Assembly: GCA_024276575.1 (NCBI GenBank)
Contig: JAJRWY010000171.1
Coordinates: 1,580-65,579 of the forward strand
Reading direction: 5' to 3'
Origin: Candidatus Binatota bacterium
Lineage (GTDB): Bacteria > Desulfobacterota > Binatia > UBA1149 > CAITLU01
Length of the DNA: 64,000 nt
Part shown: positions 19,737 to 30,507 of the stretch, piece after piece
Position numbering within the stretch: position 1 is the first letter of the stretch
Layout of the letters: each line of letters opens with the position of its first letter
Translations under genes and position numbers: made by a program
The notes under the pieces: model-generated
Seen by the model: only the letters and a program-made list of their open reading frames with translations
Told to the model about the DNA's origin: nothing
Database searches by the model: none

Positions 19737-21806
19737 CTACCAGGCCCGAGAGAACAAAACCAAGATCACGGCCAGCACCAAAACGTAAAGGTACGCGTTG
19801 ATTCCGCCGGTCTGCAGCTTTCGCGCCGCTGCGCCGCAGCGATCAACGACCGTAGCCGTACCATTGACCAAGCCGTCGACCACATAGTGGTCGATCGCCC
19901 CTCCGAAATCCGAGCTTATCCTCACCACGCGCGCAGCCCCGTTGACGATGCCGTCTACTACGTGAAGATCGATCCACGCCAACGCCCGCGACAAAGACAA
20001 CACTCCGTTCAAGAAAAAGCCGTAGTAGAACTCATCTACGAAATACTTGTTGAAGCTCAGCCGATAGGGAACACCGCCACCGATCGCTGCAAACGTAGCT
20101 GCGCTGAGCGACTTGCGAATATAAATCAGGTAAGCCAGTAGTATTCCCAACCCGGCCGTCGCCACCGACAAAGCCATCAACACGTACTCGAGCGTAGTGT
20201 CGTGGCCGCCGGCGGCGTGCGACAACGCTGCATGCTCGAGCTCCACTACCGGAGCCAACCACTGTTCGAAATGATTCGCGCCACCCAGAGCCGCGGGTAC
20301 ACCCAAGTATCCGGCCCCGGCCGCCCCCGCCGCAAGAACCACTAGCGGCAAAGTCATCGTCCATGAAGACTCGTGCAAGTGTTCTCTTGCATGCCCCTCT
20401 ACCCGGCATTCGCCGGCGAAAGTAAGGAACACGGCTCTAAACATGTAGAAGGCGGTCATGCCGGCCGCCGCCAAGCCCACGGCCCAGATCACCGGATTCG
20501 CGAGGAACGCTCGCCAGAGTATCTCGTCCTTGGAGAAGAAACCGGCGAATCCGGGCACACCGGCAATGGCCAGCGCAGAAATCAGGAAGGTGCCAAAAGT
20601 AACCGGCATGTAAGAGCGAAGCCCACCCATGCGGCGCATGTCCTGCTCATGATGCAAGGCGTGGATGACACTACCCGCCCCCAGAAACAGGCAGGCTTTG
20701 AAAAACGCATGCGTGAGTAGATGGAAGATGCCGGCGGCGTAAGCACCGACACCGACGGCCATGAACATGTAACCGAGTTGTGAAACCGTAGAGTAGGCCA
20801 GCACCTTCTTGATGTCGTGCTGGCTCAAGCCGATCGTCGCCGCAAAGAACGCGGTTGCCGCACCCACCGCGGTGATCACCTGCATGGTAAACGGAGCCAT
20901 GGAAAAGAGGAAGTTCAAGCGCACGATCATGTAGACCCCGGCGGTCACCATGGTGGCAGCGTGAATCAGAGCCGAGACCGGAGTGGGACCGGCCATGGCG
21001 TCGGGCAACCAGACATACAGCGGGATCTGCGCGGATTTTCCGGTAGCGCCGACGAACAGAAGCAGGGTTACTAGCGTCGCCACGCCCATGCCCCATAGCG
21101 TCATGCCCTCGAGCGCGGGCACAGCGTGGGCGAGTTCGCGGAAGACCAAGGTCGCCTTGCCGCTGTCGGCCAGCGACCAAAACAACAAGAACATCCCGCA
21201 AAGGAAGGCAAAATCGCCGATACGGTTGACCAGAAAGGCCTTGTTGGCCGCCGCGGTGTTCGTATGGTCGCTGTGCCAGAAACCGATCAAGCCCCACGAG
21301 CAAAGGCCCACTCCTTCCCAACCGACGAACATCACCAACATGTTGTCGCCGAGAATGAGCGTAAGCATGCAGAACAAGAATAGGTTGAGCATGCCGAAGA
21401 AACGCCAGTTGGCAGGATCTTCGTCCATATAACCGTAGGAATAGATATGTATGAGGCTGCCAATACCGGTAATAATCAAGCACATGACCGCCGACAAGGG
21501 ATCGAAGGCCAGGGCGATCGAAACGTCGAGATCGCCGATGTGAATCCACGACGACACCGTATCGAGCAACAATCGCTCGTCGACGGGCAAGGAGCGCAGA
21601 CGGAGAAAAGCCGCAACCACACAGACAAACGAGGCTATCGACATCGCCGATCCCAACACAGCCACCGCCGTACGCCCGGCTGCGTCTTGCAAGCGCTTGC
21701 CGGCTATCAGGTTGATCGCGGCGCCCGCCAAGGGCAGCGCCACTATCCAGCGCAGAGCATAGGACACGCCGGCTGCCGCTTCGTGTGTCGCCGCAGTTTC
21801 TAACAT
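19737..21806 (-). CDS. nuoL: NADH-quinone oxidoreductase subunit L (operon 1)
   Basis: 689 aa; NuoL signatures (..FVGWEGVGLCS.., ..WLPDAMAGPTPVSALIHAATMVTAG..). Confidence 0.9.
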   Translation of the reverse strand: MLETAATHEAAAGVSYALRWIVALPLAGAAINLIAGKRLQDAAGRTAVAVLGSAMSIASFVCVVAAFLRLRSLPVDERLLLDTVSSWIHIGDLDVSIALAFDPLSAVMCLIITGIGSLIHIYSYGYMDEDPANWRFFGMLNLFLFCMLTLILGDNMLVMFVGWEGVGLCSWGLIGFWHSDHTNTAAANKAFLVNRIGDFAFLCGMFLLFWSLADSGKATLVFRELAHAVPALEGMTLWGMGVATLVTLLLFVGATGKSAQIPLYVWLPDAMAGPTPVSALIHAATMVTAGVYMIVRLNFLFSMAPFTMQVITAVGAATAFFAATIGLSQHDIKKVLAYSTVSQLGYMFMAVGVGAYAAGIFHLLTHAFFKACLFLGAGSVIHALHHEQDMRRMGGLRSYMPVTFGTFLISALAIAGVPGFAGFFSKDEILWRAFLANPVIWAVGLAAAGMTAFYMFRAVFLTFAGECRVEGHAREHLHESSWTMTLPLVVLAAGAAGAGYLGVPAALGGANHFEQWLAPVVELEHAALSHAAGGHDTTLEYVLMALSVATAGLGILLAYLIYIRKSLSAATFAAIGGGVPYRLSFNKYFVDEFYYGFFLNGVLSLSRALAWIDLHVVDGIVNGAARVVRISSDFGGAIDHYVVDGLVNGTATVVDRCGAAARKLQTGGINAYLYVLVLAVILVLFSRAW

Positions 21807-21846
21807 CGCCTCTGCCTCGGACCGCGATTTCCGACAAACACCTTAA

Positions 21847-22161
21847 TCAACCCCTCAAAGTCCTCATCACCGACACGTCGATAGCTCGGAAACTGCGATA
21901 AATGGCCAGAACCAAAGCCAAGCCGATCGCCGCTTCAGCCGCCGCAAGCATGATGACGAACACCGAGAATACCTGCCCGTCCACCGCTGCGGCGCTATAC
22001 TTGGAGAACGCAACATAGTTGACGTTGGCCCCGTTCAGGATCAGTTCCACACCCATGAGGACGCCGATGGCATTGCGGCGGGTAAGTACGCAAAACAATC
22101 CCAAGCAAAACAGGATGAGGCCAACGGCAAGGAAGTGGTTGAGTCCTATTGCGCTTTCCAC
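21847..22161 (-). CDS. nuoK: NADH-quinone oxidoreductase subunit K (operon 1)
   Basis: 104 aa, three TM helices; ..GVELILNGANVNYVAFS.. Confidence 0.9.
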   Translation of the reverse strand: MESAIGLNHFLAVGLILFCLGLFCVLTRRNAIGVLMGVELILNGANVNYVAFSKYSAAAVDGQVFSVFVIMLAAAEAAIGLALVLAIYRSFRAIDVSVMRTLRG

Positions 22162-22165
22162 ACCC

Positions 22166-22684
22166 CTACTCCGATTCAGCCGTCTCTTTACGCGTCAGGA
22201 CCACCGCACCGACGAGAACGGCCAGCAAGACCAGCGAGGCAACCTCGAAAGGCAAGACATAGCGGCCCAGAAGAGCGTTGCCCACGGCCGCGGTCGACGA
22301 CTCGGCTGCCAGGTACTCCACTGGGCGATGCCACTGAGCGGCCTGAAAGCTCCGCCACAGCAAGGCGAACACCGCAACGACCGTGAGCAAGCCGAATCCC
22401 CTGCCGGCGCTACGGTTGGAAACCTTCACGTCTCGAATTCCCTGCGTAAGCATCACCGCAAACAAGGTCAGCACCACCACCCCACCGACGTAAACCAGGA
22501 GTTGCACGCCGGCGACGAAATCAGCGTCGAGCATTACGTAGAGTCCGGCGACACCGAGAAACGACAACATCAGCGACAAAGCCGAGTAAACGATGTGGGT
22601 CGCAAAGGCGACGCCGCAAGCTCCGACAACGGCGACACCGGCGAGAAAGAAAAACACCACCACTTCGGCCGACAATCCTTCCAT
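22166..22684 (-). CDS. nuoJ: NADH-quinone oxidoreductase subunit J (operon 1)
   Basis: 172-aa membrane protein between nuoI and nuoK. Confidence 0.9.
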   Translation of the reverse strand: MEGLSAEVVVFFFLAGVAVVGACGVAFATHIVYSALSLMLSFLGVAGLYVMLDADFVAGVQLLVYVGGVVVLTLFAVMLTQGIRDVKVSNRSAGRGFGLLTVVAVFALLWRSFQAAQWHRPVEYLAAESSTAAVGNALLGRYVLPFEVASLVLLAVLVGAVVLTRKETAESE

Positions 22685-22686
22685 CT

Positions 22687-23247
22687 TCAGCCGCCCTTAC
22701 CGGCCGCTGCCGGTGCGTCGTCCTTGGGATCGGCGAACTCTGCAATGTAGCGCTTGCCCCGTTCGAGTATGGGCGCCACCACAGGATCGTCCTCTCCCTT
22801 TTTCTTCGGTTTGTAAGCGGTTACCGGCTCCTTGATGAAACGCCGGACCATCGACTCCAGAGAAAAATCCGCGCCTTCGAACTCGCGCGTGTGATGGATG
22901 GAGCCGGTAGGACAAGGCTCCGTACACAGGCCACAGTACATGCACTTGGCCAGGTCGATGTCGAAAGTCTCGATCAACATCGACTTGGTTTCCTTGTCCT
23001 TGCGGGTCTCTATCAAGATGCAGTCGATCGGACAGGCGCGCTGGCAGGCCAGACAGCCGGTGCAGATCTCTAGGTCCACATCCAGAAAGCCACGGTAGCG
23101 ATAGGGAAGAGTGTCTTGTACCGGTATCGGCATGCGGTCGGGATACTGAATCGTGTAGGGCTCGCGGAAAAAGTGAGAGAAGGTCACCGAGAGTCCGTCG
23201 AAAATCGAAGTCGCCGCCTGCACGACATTGGCTACATACTCACGCAT
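22687..23247 (-). CDS. nuoI: NADH-quinone oxidoreductase subunit I (2x[4Fe-4S] ferredoxin-type)
   Basis: two CxxCxxCxxxCP motifs (CTGCLACQRACP, CMYCGLCTEPCP). Confidence 0.9.
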   Translation of the reverse strand: MREYVANVVQAATSIFDGLSVTFSHFFREPYTIQYPDRMPIPVQDTLPYRYRGFLDVDLEICTGCLACQRACPIDCILIETRKDKETKSMLIETFDIDLAKCMYCGLCTEPCPTGSIHHTREFEGADFSLESMVRRFIKEPVTAYKPKKKGEDDPVVAPILERGKRYIAEFADPKDDAPAAAGKGG

Positions 23248-23253
23248 AGCTAC

Positions 23254-24429
23254 TCAGACCGCCCCGTACCCCAGGCCCCGGGCGCGCGCCAGATGGAAGC
23301 GCACCCTGCGGGCGAACACGAAGATAATCGCAAGAACCACGGCCACCAAAGCAATGCGAACGACCAAACTTCCCTCGGGAAACAGCACCATGAAAAACGC
23401 TGTCCCCAAAGTATTCAGCAGCGCCATCGGGACCAGATACTTCCAGCACAGAGCCATCAACTGGTCGATACGGATTCTCGGCAGCGTGGCACGAACCCAC
23501 ATCGCGACAAAAACCCAGAAATAGGCCTTGAGAAAGATGGTAAAGAACTGGGCCACCGCGAGCAGCGTGGGATCATCAGTGAAACGCGGAACTTGCCAGC
23601 CGCCCATGAACAAGGTGGCGACCAGGGCGCCGATCACATAGAGGTTGCCCCACTCGGCCAGAAAGAAAAGCAGCGAGCGCATGCCGCTGTACTCGGTGGC
23701 GAAACCGGCGACCAGCTCCGACTCGGCCTCGGGTAAATCGAAAGGGGTGCGGTTACCCTCAGCCAAAGCACATACGAAAAACAGCAGGAAAGATACCAGC
23801 AGAAAAGGATTGTGGAACATGTGCCAAGTATGCGGCGCCCATCCCTGCGCGGCAGTGATGCCCTGGGTCGAAAGCGTGCCGGAAACCAGGACCACCGGAA
23901 AAATCGTCAATCCCAGGGGAATCTCATAGGAGATTATCTGCGTTGCGGAGCGAATGCCTCCGAGCATCGACCACTTATTGTTCGACGACCATCCGGCCAT
24001 CAAGATACCCACCACCACCAAGGAAGTGATCGCGGTGATGTAAAGAATCCCGATGTTCAAATCGGCAATGATCAAGCTGCCGCCAAAAGGGATCGCAACG
24101 AACGCGGCAACGAAGCCTGCAACGACCAGATAAGGCGCGATACGAAACAAGGGCTCGTCGACGGCCTGCGGTATTACGTCTTCCTTGAGAAGGTTCTTCA
24201 GTCCGTCGGCAAGCCATTGTAGAAAGCCCCCCGGCCCGACTCGATTCGGCCCGATGCGAGACTGTATACGCGCCCACACCCGGCGCTCCACCCAACTGGT
24301 GATGCCGGCTACGGGCAGGATGAACACGAATACCACCAACGCACCGAAGGCCAGCATACCCGCCACCCTCAGCAACACCCCCGGGACTTCCGGATTCGCA
24401 GCAGCCAGACCGTTCAAGAATTCGAGCAT
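23254..24429 (-). CDS. nuoH: NADH-quinone oxidoreductase subunit H (operon 1)
   Basis: 391 aa; NuoH/ND1 signatures (..RIGPNRVGP.., ..EAESELVAGF.TEYSG..). Confidence 0.9.
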   Translation of the reverse strand: MLEFLNGLAAANPEVPGVLLRVAGMLAFGALVVFVFILPVAGITSWVERRVWARIQSRIGPNRVGPGGFLQWLADGLKNLLKEDVIPQAVDEPLFRIAPYLVVAGFVAAFVAIPFGGSLIIADLNIGILYITAITSLVVVGILMAGWSSNNKWSMLGGIRSATQIISYEIPLGLTIFPVVLVSGTLSTQGITAAQGWAPHTWHMFHNPFLLVSFLLFFVCALAEGNRTPFDLPEAESELVAGFATEYSGMRSLLFFLAEWGNLYVIGALVATLFMGGWQVPRFTDDPTLLAVAQFFTIFLKAYFWVFVAMWVRATLPRIRIDQLMALCWKYLVPMALLNTLGTAFFMVLFPEGSLVVRIALVAVVLAIIFVFARRVRFHLARARGLGYGAV

Positions 24430-25587
24430 CTAACGATCGACCTCCGGCGCGACAACGTCGAGTGAGGCGATCAGAGCGACCAAGTCGGCAATCATCAGGC
24501 CATTACTCAAGCTTTCAATGATGGACATCGCGCTGAAAGACCCGGTTCGGATATGCACCCGGTAGGGTCGCTCACTGCCGTCGCTGACGACGTACCAGCT
24601 TTGGTCGCCACGCGGAGTCTCGACGCGAATGTGCACCTCACCCGCGGGCGGCTTGAAGTTACGCCTGACTTTGGCGATGACCGGCCCACCGGGCAGGCCC
24701 TCGAGGGCTTGGCGTACGATCTTGGCCGACTCACGCATCTCGTGCAGCCGTACGATGTAACGCTCCCAGCAATCCCCAACGCTGCCCCAAGTGCCTTTTC
24801 CGACCGGCACCGTGAAATCGAAGTCCGGATAGACACTATAGGGGCGGTCGCGCCTCAAATCGTAGTCCACACCGCTGGCTCGCAGATTCGGACCTACTAG
24901 GTTGTAGGCGATCGCCATCTCGGGGGAGATCACGGCGACATCGGCCAACCGCTCGATGTATATCTTGTTGTTCGAAAGCAGATCGTCGAACTCGTCCACC
25001 AAGGGAATGAAACGATCCAGGAAGCGCAACACTTTGTGCGCATAGTCCGGCGGAAGATCCCACGCTACACCACCGATACGCAGGTAGTTGAACGTAAGGC
25101 GCGCACCGCAGAGTTCTTCGAGAAGATCGTTAATCATCTCGCGTTCGCGAATCGCATGGGTGAAGGGGGTAAAGGCCCCGATGTCCATACCCATCGCACC
25201 GAAAGCCAGCAGGTGAGAGCAGATGCGCCCGAGTTCGGCGGCGATTACCCGGCAGTACTCGGCACGGCGGGGAACCTCGACCCCGCCAAGCGACTCTGCC
25301 GCCATCGCCCAGGCCTGGTTACAGGTCATCGCGGCAACATAATCCACACGATCGGTGTAAGGCATGAAACCATGCCAACCGACTTTTTCCGCGATCTTCT
25401 CTATGGAGCGGTGCAGATAACCGACGTCCGGAACCGCCCTACGCATGACCTCGCCGTCAGCCTTCACCACAAAGCGCAACACCCCATGGGTACTGGGATG
25501 CTGGGGCCCCATGTTGAGCGTCATCTCCTCGGTGGCAAAACCGCCCGCGGATCCGTGGTCGTCGGTAAATTCTATCTCTACGGACAT
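24430..25587 (-). CDS. nuoD: NADH-quinone oxidoreductase subunit D (49 kDa, operon 1)
   Basis: ..[17 protein letters not shown]..; C-terminal ..RVHIRTGSF.. Confidence 0.9.
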   Translation of the reverse strand: MSVEIEFTDDHGSAGGFATEEMTLNMGPQHPSTHGVLRFVVKADGEVMRRAVPDVGYLHRSIEKIAEKVGWHGFMPYTDRVDYVAAMTCNQAWAMAAESLGGVEVPRRAEYCRVIAAELGRICSHLLAFGAMGMDIGAFTPFTHAIREREMINDLLEELCGARLTFNYLRIGGVAWDLPPDYAHKVLRFLDRFIPLVDEFDDLLSNNKIYIERLADVAVISPEMAIAYNLVGPNLRASGVDYDLRRDRPYSVYPDFDFTVPVGKGTWGSVGDCWERYIVRLHEMRESAKIVRQALEGLPGGPVIAKVRRNFKPPAGEVHIRVETPRGDQSWYVVSDGSERPYRVHIRTGSFSAMSIIESLSNGLMIADLVALIASLDVVAPEVDR

Positions 25588-25812
25588 CTACTCACCCAAG
25601 GCACTCGGCATGCATACGGTGCACCACTCACTACGCTCTGTTCCGGCTAAGCCCGGCCGTTCCATGGCGAAGCCTTGCAGCCTCGCTTGCGCCCTGCTCG
25701 CTTGCCGACATCAGGCGTAGCGCCGGCTACACCTGCGAACCTCGCCGTCGCGCTCAGCCCCGTTCGAAACACTCCCGGACTTCTCGCGACGAGTTGCCAT
25801 GAACAATCCGGA

Positions 25813-26322
25813 CTAACTCCCCGAACGAATCCCCAGCATACTTTCACGTACGGTCGATATGCCGTGATACTGTTCGGGTTCTACATAGTCTTTGCGTAAA
25901 GGGTGGCCCACCCAATCCTCGGGTAGCAGGATTCTACGAAGGTCACTGTGGCCGCGGAAGCGGACTCCGAGAAGATCGAACACTTCCCGCTCCAGCCAAT
26001 TCGCCGCCGGCCAAACACGTTCAACACTATCGACCAGCGGATCGCCACGACGCGTAGAAACGCGCAAGACCAAAGACCGGTCGAACTCATAAGAATAAAG
26101 GTCGTAGACTATATCTATGGCGCCACGGCCGGGATAATCGCAACCGCTCAAATTGGAGAGGCAGTCAAAGCGAAGTTCCGGCGTGTCACGTAGCAACATG
26201 GCCGCCCGCTCGACGGCATCGTCGTCGATTCTTATCGACTCGTAGTGAGGGCCTTCCTCGACCACGCCGACAGCCGCACCCAATTTATCGTGAAGCAGTC
26301 GGCGTATGGCGGCGATTTCCAT
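25813..26322 (-). CDS. nuoC: NADH-quinone oxidoreductase subunit C (30 kDa, operon 1)
   Basis: ..WPAANWLEREVFDLLGVRF.GHSDLRRILLPEDW..; start set at the internal Met (26322) to avoid a long overlap with nuoB; ORF is open to 26508. Confidence 0.75.
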   Translation of the reverse strand: MEIAAIRRLLHDKLGAAVGVVEEGPHYESIRIDDDAVERAAMLLRDTPELRFDCLSNLSGCDYPGRGAIDIVYDLYSYEFDRSLVLRVSTRRGDPLVDSVERVWPAANWLEREVFDLLGVRFRGHSDLRRILLPEDWVGHPLRKDYVEPEQYHGISTVRESMLGIRSGS

Positions 26323-26345
26323 GTCCCTTTCAACACGCGAAAGCT

Positions 26346-26852
26346 CTACGAGAGCAACGCTGCCTCCTCCGCACTCGGCCGCACCAGCCATTTTTCCTCG
26401 GACATTTTCTTCTGCAGCAAGATCAGGCCGTCGGTCAGCGCCTCGGGACGCGGAGGACAGCCGGGGACATAGACGTCGACGGGGATGACCTTGTCGACTC
26501 CATCGCAAACCGAGTAAGCCAATTGAAACAGGCCTCCGCAGTTGGAGCAGCTCCCCATGGAAACGACGTACTTGGGCTCCGGCATCTGCTCATAGAGAAG
26601 CTTGGTGCGAAGAGCCATTTTCAGGGTCAGAGTTCCGGCGACGATCATCAGATCGGAAGTCCGCGGGGTCGCGCGCGGAGCCATGCCAAAACGGTCCAGA
26701 TCGGCGCGCGGCCCGCCGGTTTGCATGAGTTCTATGGCGCAGCAAGCGAGCCCGAAGAGCATGTACCAAAGAGACGACTTACGCGTCCAGTTGAGCAACT
26801 GGTCGACTTTGGTGGTAAGCACCATTTCGGGCACGGAGTTAACCAGCGACAT
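26346..26852 (-). CDS. nuoB: NADH-quinone oxidoreductase subunit B (N2 cluster, 20 kDa)
   Basis: ..FGLACCAIE.., ..GSCSNCGG.., ..VPGCPPRPE.. cysteine ligand motifs; start set at MSLVNSV (ORF open to 26909). Confidence 0.85.
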   Translation of the reverse strand: MSLVNSVPEMVLTTKVDQLLNWTRKSSLWYMLFGLACCAIELMQTGGPRADLDRFGMAPRATPRTSDLMIVAGTLTLKMALRTKLLYEQMPEPKYVVSMGSCSNCGGLFQLAYSVCDGVDKVIPVDVYVPGCPPRPEALTDGLILLQKKMSEEKWLVRPSAEEAALLS

Positions 26853-27285
26853 GACGTTCCACTCCGGGTGCCTGGCCAGCGGCAACGGCACTCTGTTTAG
26901 TGGCGGCAACTTGTTTCACCCAAGATATGTCGCCCTTGCTCCACACATAGATGAGACCGACCAGCAGTATCAGTACGAACACCAATATTTCCGTAAGAGC
27001 GAACAGGCCATTGCCCGCGGAGACCCAGTCTTTGAATACCGCGGCAACCGGGTAGATGAAGGCCACCTCGACATCGAAGATCAGAAAGACCAGCGCGACG
27101 ACATAGAAACGGATGTTGAAGTTGATCCAGGAGTCGCCTTCGACCTCTTCGCCACACTCGTAGGTGCTCAGCTTGATTTGGTCGGGACTAGCGGGACGCA
27201 GAAGAGCACCCAGCCACATCATCAAAGCGCAGAGCAAAACTCCGAGGCCCAGGAACACGAGGATGTTGGCGTAGTCGAAGTGCAT
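26839..27285 (-). CDS. nuoA: NADH-quinone oxidoreductase subunit A (operon 1)
   Basis: 148 aa; ..YECGEE.., three TM helices; first gene of operon 1. Confidence 0.85.
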   Translation of the reverse strand: MHFDYANILVFLGLGVLLCALMMWLGALLRPASPDQIKLSTYECGEEVEGDSWINFNIRFYVVALVFLIFDVEVAFIYPVAAVFKDWVSAGNGLFALTEILVFVLILLVGLIYVWSKGDISWVKQVAATKQSAVAAGQAPGVERHVAG

Positions 27286-27348
27286 GAAATTACTGCGCTA
27301 AACGCCTCCTGCTAACAAGGGGTGGTTGCGAAGTCAATCGGCCTCGAC

Positions 27349-28188
27349 TCAGCGCGTCGCGGCGCGGGGAAGCGGCAGAACGTTCAACTTGCCGGTCACG
27401 GTGTTGAGATCGACATAGACGTCTGTATCGAAAACCTCGCGTATGTTCGCATAACTTATGACCGCGCCCGGCTCTCCCTGCGCAAACACTCGGCCGTCTT
27501 TCAACATCGCCACCCGTTCAAAATACAAGGAAGCAAGGTTCAAGTCGTGCAACACCGAAACCACGGTCAGTCCTTGCTCGCGGTTGAGTTGCGAAAGCAG
27601 GTCATAGAGTTCGGTCTGGTGCTTGATATCGAGAAAAGCGGCCGGTTCGTCCAAGAGAATGAGTTCGGGTTCCTGCGCAAGAGCGCGAGCGACGGCAACA
27701 CGCTGTTTCTCGCCGCTCGACAAAGTGTCGAAATCGCGCTCGGAAAGATACGCCACGTCCATAGCGGCTATGGCCTTGGCCGCAGCATCGAGATCGGCCT
27801 GGGACTCCAGACGAAAGCCCTCTACATGGGGCGCTCGCCCCATCAACACCACCTCTTCAACGCTATAGGAAAAACCGATCATGCTCTGAGGCCCAACCAC
27901 CGCTACCGATCTGGCCAGCAGGCGGCGATCGGCCACACTGGGGTCGAGTCCGCACACCTCGACTACGCCGCAGTCCGCCCTCAATTCGCCACCGGCTAGG
28001 CGTAGCAAAGTGGTCTTGCCCGAGCCGTTGGGTCCGAGCAAGGCCAGCTTCGACCCACGCGGAACTTCCAAATCTATGCCTTCCAGGCGGTGGCCGCCTC
28101 CCGGATAAGCGAATCCCACACCCCTGAAAGCCAAAGCCGGGGATTTCGCCTTAGCGGCCCCCCTATCTTGATGCACCTTATCGCTCAC
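27349..28188 (-). CDS. ABC transporter ATP-binding protein (FecE/FepC/BtuD-type iron-siderophore/heme/cobalamin importer)
   Basis: Walker A GPNGSGKTT, signature LSSGEKQR, Walker B LLLDEP; family typical of type II importers. Confidence 0.85.
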   Translation of the reverse strand: MSDKVHQDRGAAKAKSPALAFRGVGFAYPGGGHRLEGIDLEVPRGSKLALLGPNGSGKTTLLRLAGGELRADCGVVEVCGLDPSVADRRLLARSVAVVGPQSMIGFSYSVEEVVLMGRAPHVEGFRLESQADLDAAAKAIAAMDVAYLSERDFDTLSSGEKQRVAVARALAQEPELILLDEPAAFLDIKHQTELYDLLSQLNREQGLTVVSVLHDLNLASLYFERVAMLKDGRVFAQGEPGAVISYANIREVFDTDVYVDLNTVTGKLNVLPLPRAATR

Positions 28189-28228
28189 GACGGCTCACGA
28201 GTTTCCTTGCTAGCGGGTTGGGCAAGCC

Positions 28229-28331
28229 GTAGCCACGCTTGCTGCACCGATTCAACGCTGTGGCACAATAGCTTTCCTGAGATTCGTCTGGGCCTCCGAG
28301 TAGCCGCGCTTGCTGCGCCGGTTCAACGCTG
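28229..28331. repeat. two ~40-bp direct repeats (~85% identity) in the permease-ATPase spacer
   Basis: GTAGCCACGCTTGCTGCACCGATTCAACGCTGTGGCACAA vs GTAGCCGCGCTTGCTGCGCCGGTTCAACGCTGTAGCTCACA. Confidence 0.6.
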
Positions 28332-28335
28332 TAGC

Positions 28336-29391
28336 TCACAAATCCCCCCCGTGCCAGGGACGGCGGCGCAACAGGTAGATGAAGAACGGGCCCCCGGTAA
28401 GCGAGGTTATCGCACCGACCGGCAACTCCGCAGGCGCGGCCAGCCAGCGGGCCAAGGTGTCACAGAGCACCAGGAACGCGGCGCCGCCGAAGAAAGACGC
28501 CGGCAACAGCAAGCGATTGTCACTGCCGAGCATTTTCCTGAGAACGTGGGGGACTATCAGTCCCGCAAAAGTAATGATGCCGCACAACGACACCACCGCT
28601 CCCACCAGCAGCGATGACGATGCGAACACCCGCCTACGCAGCCCCTCTGTGTCCACGCCGAGATTGCGCGCGGTCTCGTCGCCCAAAGAGATCAGATTGA
28701 GCGAGTGGGCTTCACGCATCAACAATAAGGACGCGGGTAGCACGAGCGCGGCCACCAAGCCGATAACCGGATACGGCTCGACCGCAACCCCTCCCATCAA
28801 CCAGAACACGATGGAATGAGACCTGGAAAGATCGGCAAGCGCATGGACCAGCAAGATGAGCGCCGCGGCAAAAGTATTGAAGATTACGCCGATCAGTACC
28901 TGCGTGTAGGGTTCGAGCCGGCCGCGAACGTGAGCCAGCCGGTAAACCAGGACACTCGAAATCCCCGCACCCGCGAAGGCCAGCAGCGGAACTAGGTACC
29001 AAGCGGAGCCCGAGGCCGGCAAGAAGGCCAGCGCGAGTACTGCCGCCAGTGCGGCCCCGCCGGAAACTCCGATGATCTCGGGACTAGCCAGAGGATTCCG
29101 TAAGGTCGGTTGCAACGCCGCGCCCGATACCGCGAGCGCAGCTCCCACCAGCGCCGCCAACAACACACGCGGAAGGCGCAGGTGGAGCCAAATCAAACGC
29201 TCCGTGCCTTGTTCGAAGAACACCCGGTAAGGATCCAGGGAAACGCTGCCGGCCATCAATCCGAAAAGCATAGCCAACAGCGCAGCAACTGCGGTTGCCG
29301 CCAAGCCCGCCGCCATGAAACCGGGCGTCAGGCGGTTACGGCGCTGAAGAGGCCTAGCGGCGGCGCTTTGCGGAGTGGATTCAGACATCAT
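28336..29391 (-). CDS. FecCD-family ABC transporter permease (BtuC/HmuU/FecD-like)
   Basis: 351 aa, ~9-10 TM helices, FecCD signature region (..EIIGVSGGAALAAV..). Confidence 0.85.
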   Translation of the reverse strand: MMSESTPQSAAARPLQRRNRLTPGFMAAGLAATAVAALLAMLFGLMAGSVSLDPYRVFFEQGTERLIWLHLRLPRVLLAALVGAALAVSGAALQPTLRNPLASPEIIGVSGGAALAAVLALAFLPASGSAWYLVPLLAFAGAGISSVLVYRLAHVRGRLEPYTQVLIGVIFNTFAAALILLVHALADLSRSHSIVFWLMGGVAVEPYPVIGLVAALVLPASLLLMREAHSLNLISLGDETARNLGVDTEGLRRRVFASSSLLVGAVVSLCGIITFAGLIVPHVLRKMLGSDNRLLLPASFFGGAAFLVLCDTLARWLAAPAELPVGAITSLTGGPFFIYLLRRRPWHGGDL

Positions 29392-29583
29392 AGTCCACCG
29401 CGCGCTTCAGAGACCGCACGCGCCTGCAGCCCGGACCCAGCCTGAGCTACGAGAAGTAGAGAGCCTACATGCCAACCCCCTACATGCGAAGCCACCACAT
29501 GCAAACCCACGTTGCGATAGCGGACCATCAGGGCTGGCGGCAAGGCCTTCATCAGCGATACGGCAATGCCGGCCGGCGCTACG

Positions 29584-30507
29584 CTAATCGTCCTCGCGGT
29601 CGAAAGCATCGGGATGCATGATATGCGCCAGCGTTAAAGCAGCTTCGCCCAGACGCGGCCCCGGCCGTAACAGCATCGACCGGCGGCCGTCAAGTTCGAC
29701 AACCCGGCCCGATGCAACCGCGGGTAAAGAAGGAAACCGCGACCAAGGTCCGCCGCCGTGTACTGTTCCAGCTTCGCTGCCCATGGAGATGTCTATTATT
29801 ACTTCCGGCGCCTCTGCAACGAAAAACTCCAGCCCGACCCTCGGCCAGCGTCCGCCTAAGTCCGCGACCAAATTGAGGCCGCCGGCGATACTGAGAATCT
29901 CCCCCAGGTAGCTGTCGGGGCCGGCAAGAATCAACGGGTCGTGCCCCACGAGTAGCGCAGTGCGCGGCCGCCCGCGGCCGCGCACTGCAGCCACACTTGC
30001 CGCCAATTCGGAATCGATCTTGTCGAGAATCCGGCGGCCCTCGGCCTCCCTTCCCAACAACTGCGCAATCCTCACAATGGCGGCGCGAGCCTCCGCAATC
30101 CCGCCGTCCCCGTGGACAACCTCCACGCGGATGCCGCTACGCTCCAAGGCTCTCACTGAACTCAAATTCCCGGGAGTCGGCGAAGTCAACACCAAGTCGG
30201 GCCGCAAGGCGACAATGGCCTCGGTAACCGGCCTCACGAAAGTGCCGACCCGCGCCAAGCCCGACAGGCGTGGAGGATAGTCGCACTGGTCGGACACGGC
30301 GACCAGGCTCGGCCCCGCTCCCAGGGCGAAGACCGTCTCGGTTATGGACGGAACCATCGAAACGACTCGTGAAGGCGGCGCCGCCCTAGCCGCCTCGACC
30401 ACGGCTACCGGCGGCCAATAGGACACCGCCATGCAGACAACAGCGAAAATCGTCGTAAACCTTCGAATGAAATTATCCTCGTCGCGTCTGAGTACTACGA
30501 AGTGCAT
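29584..30507 (-). CDS. ABC transporter periplasmic binding protein (BtuF/FecB class, cluster A-2)
   Basis: signal peptide then ..RVVSMVPSITETVFALGAG..LVAVSDQCDYP.. typical of cobalamin/siderophore PBPs; start set at MHFVV (ORF open to TTG at 30570). Confidence 0.7.
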   Translation of the reverse strand: MHFVVLRRDEDNFIRRFTTIFAVVCMAVSYWPPVAVVEAARAAPPSRVVSMVPSITETVFALGAGPSLVAVSDQCDYPPRLSGLARVGTFVRPVTEAIVALRPDLVLTSPTPGNLSSVRALERSGIRVEVVHGDGGIAEARAAIVRIAQLLGREAEGRRILDKIDSELAASVAAVRGRGRPRTALLVGHDPLILAGPDSYLGEILSIAGGLNLVADLGGRWPRVGLEFFVAEAPEVIIDISMGSEAGTVHGGGPWSRFPSLPAVASGRVVELDGRRSMLLRPGPRLGEAALTLAHIMHPDAFDREDD

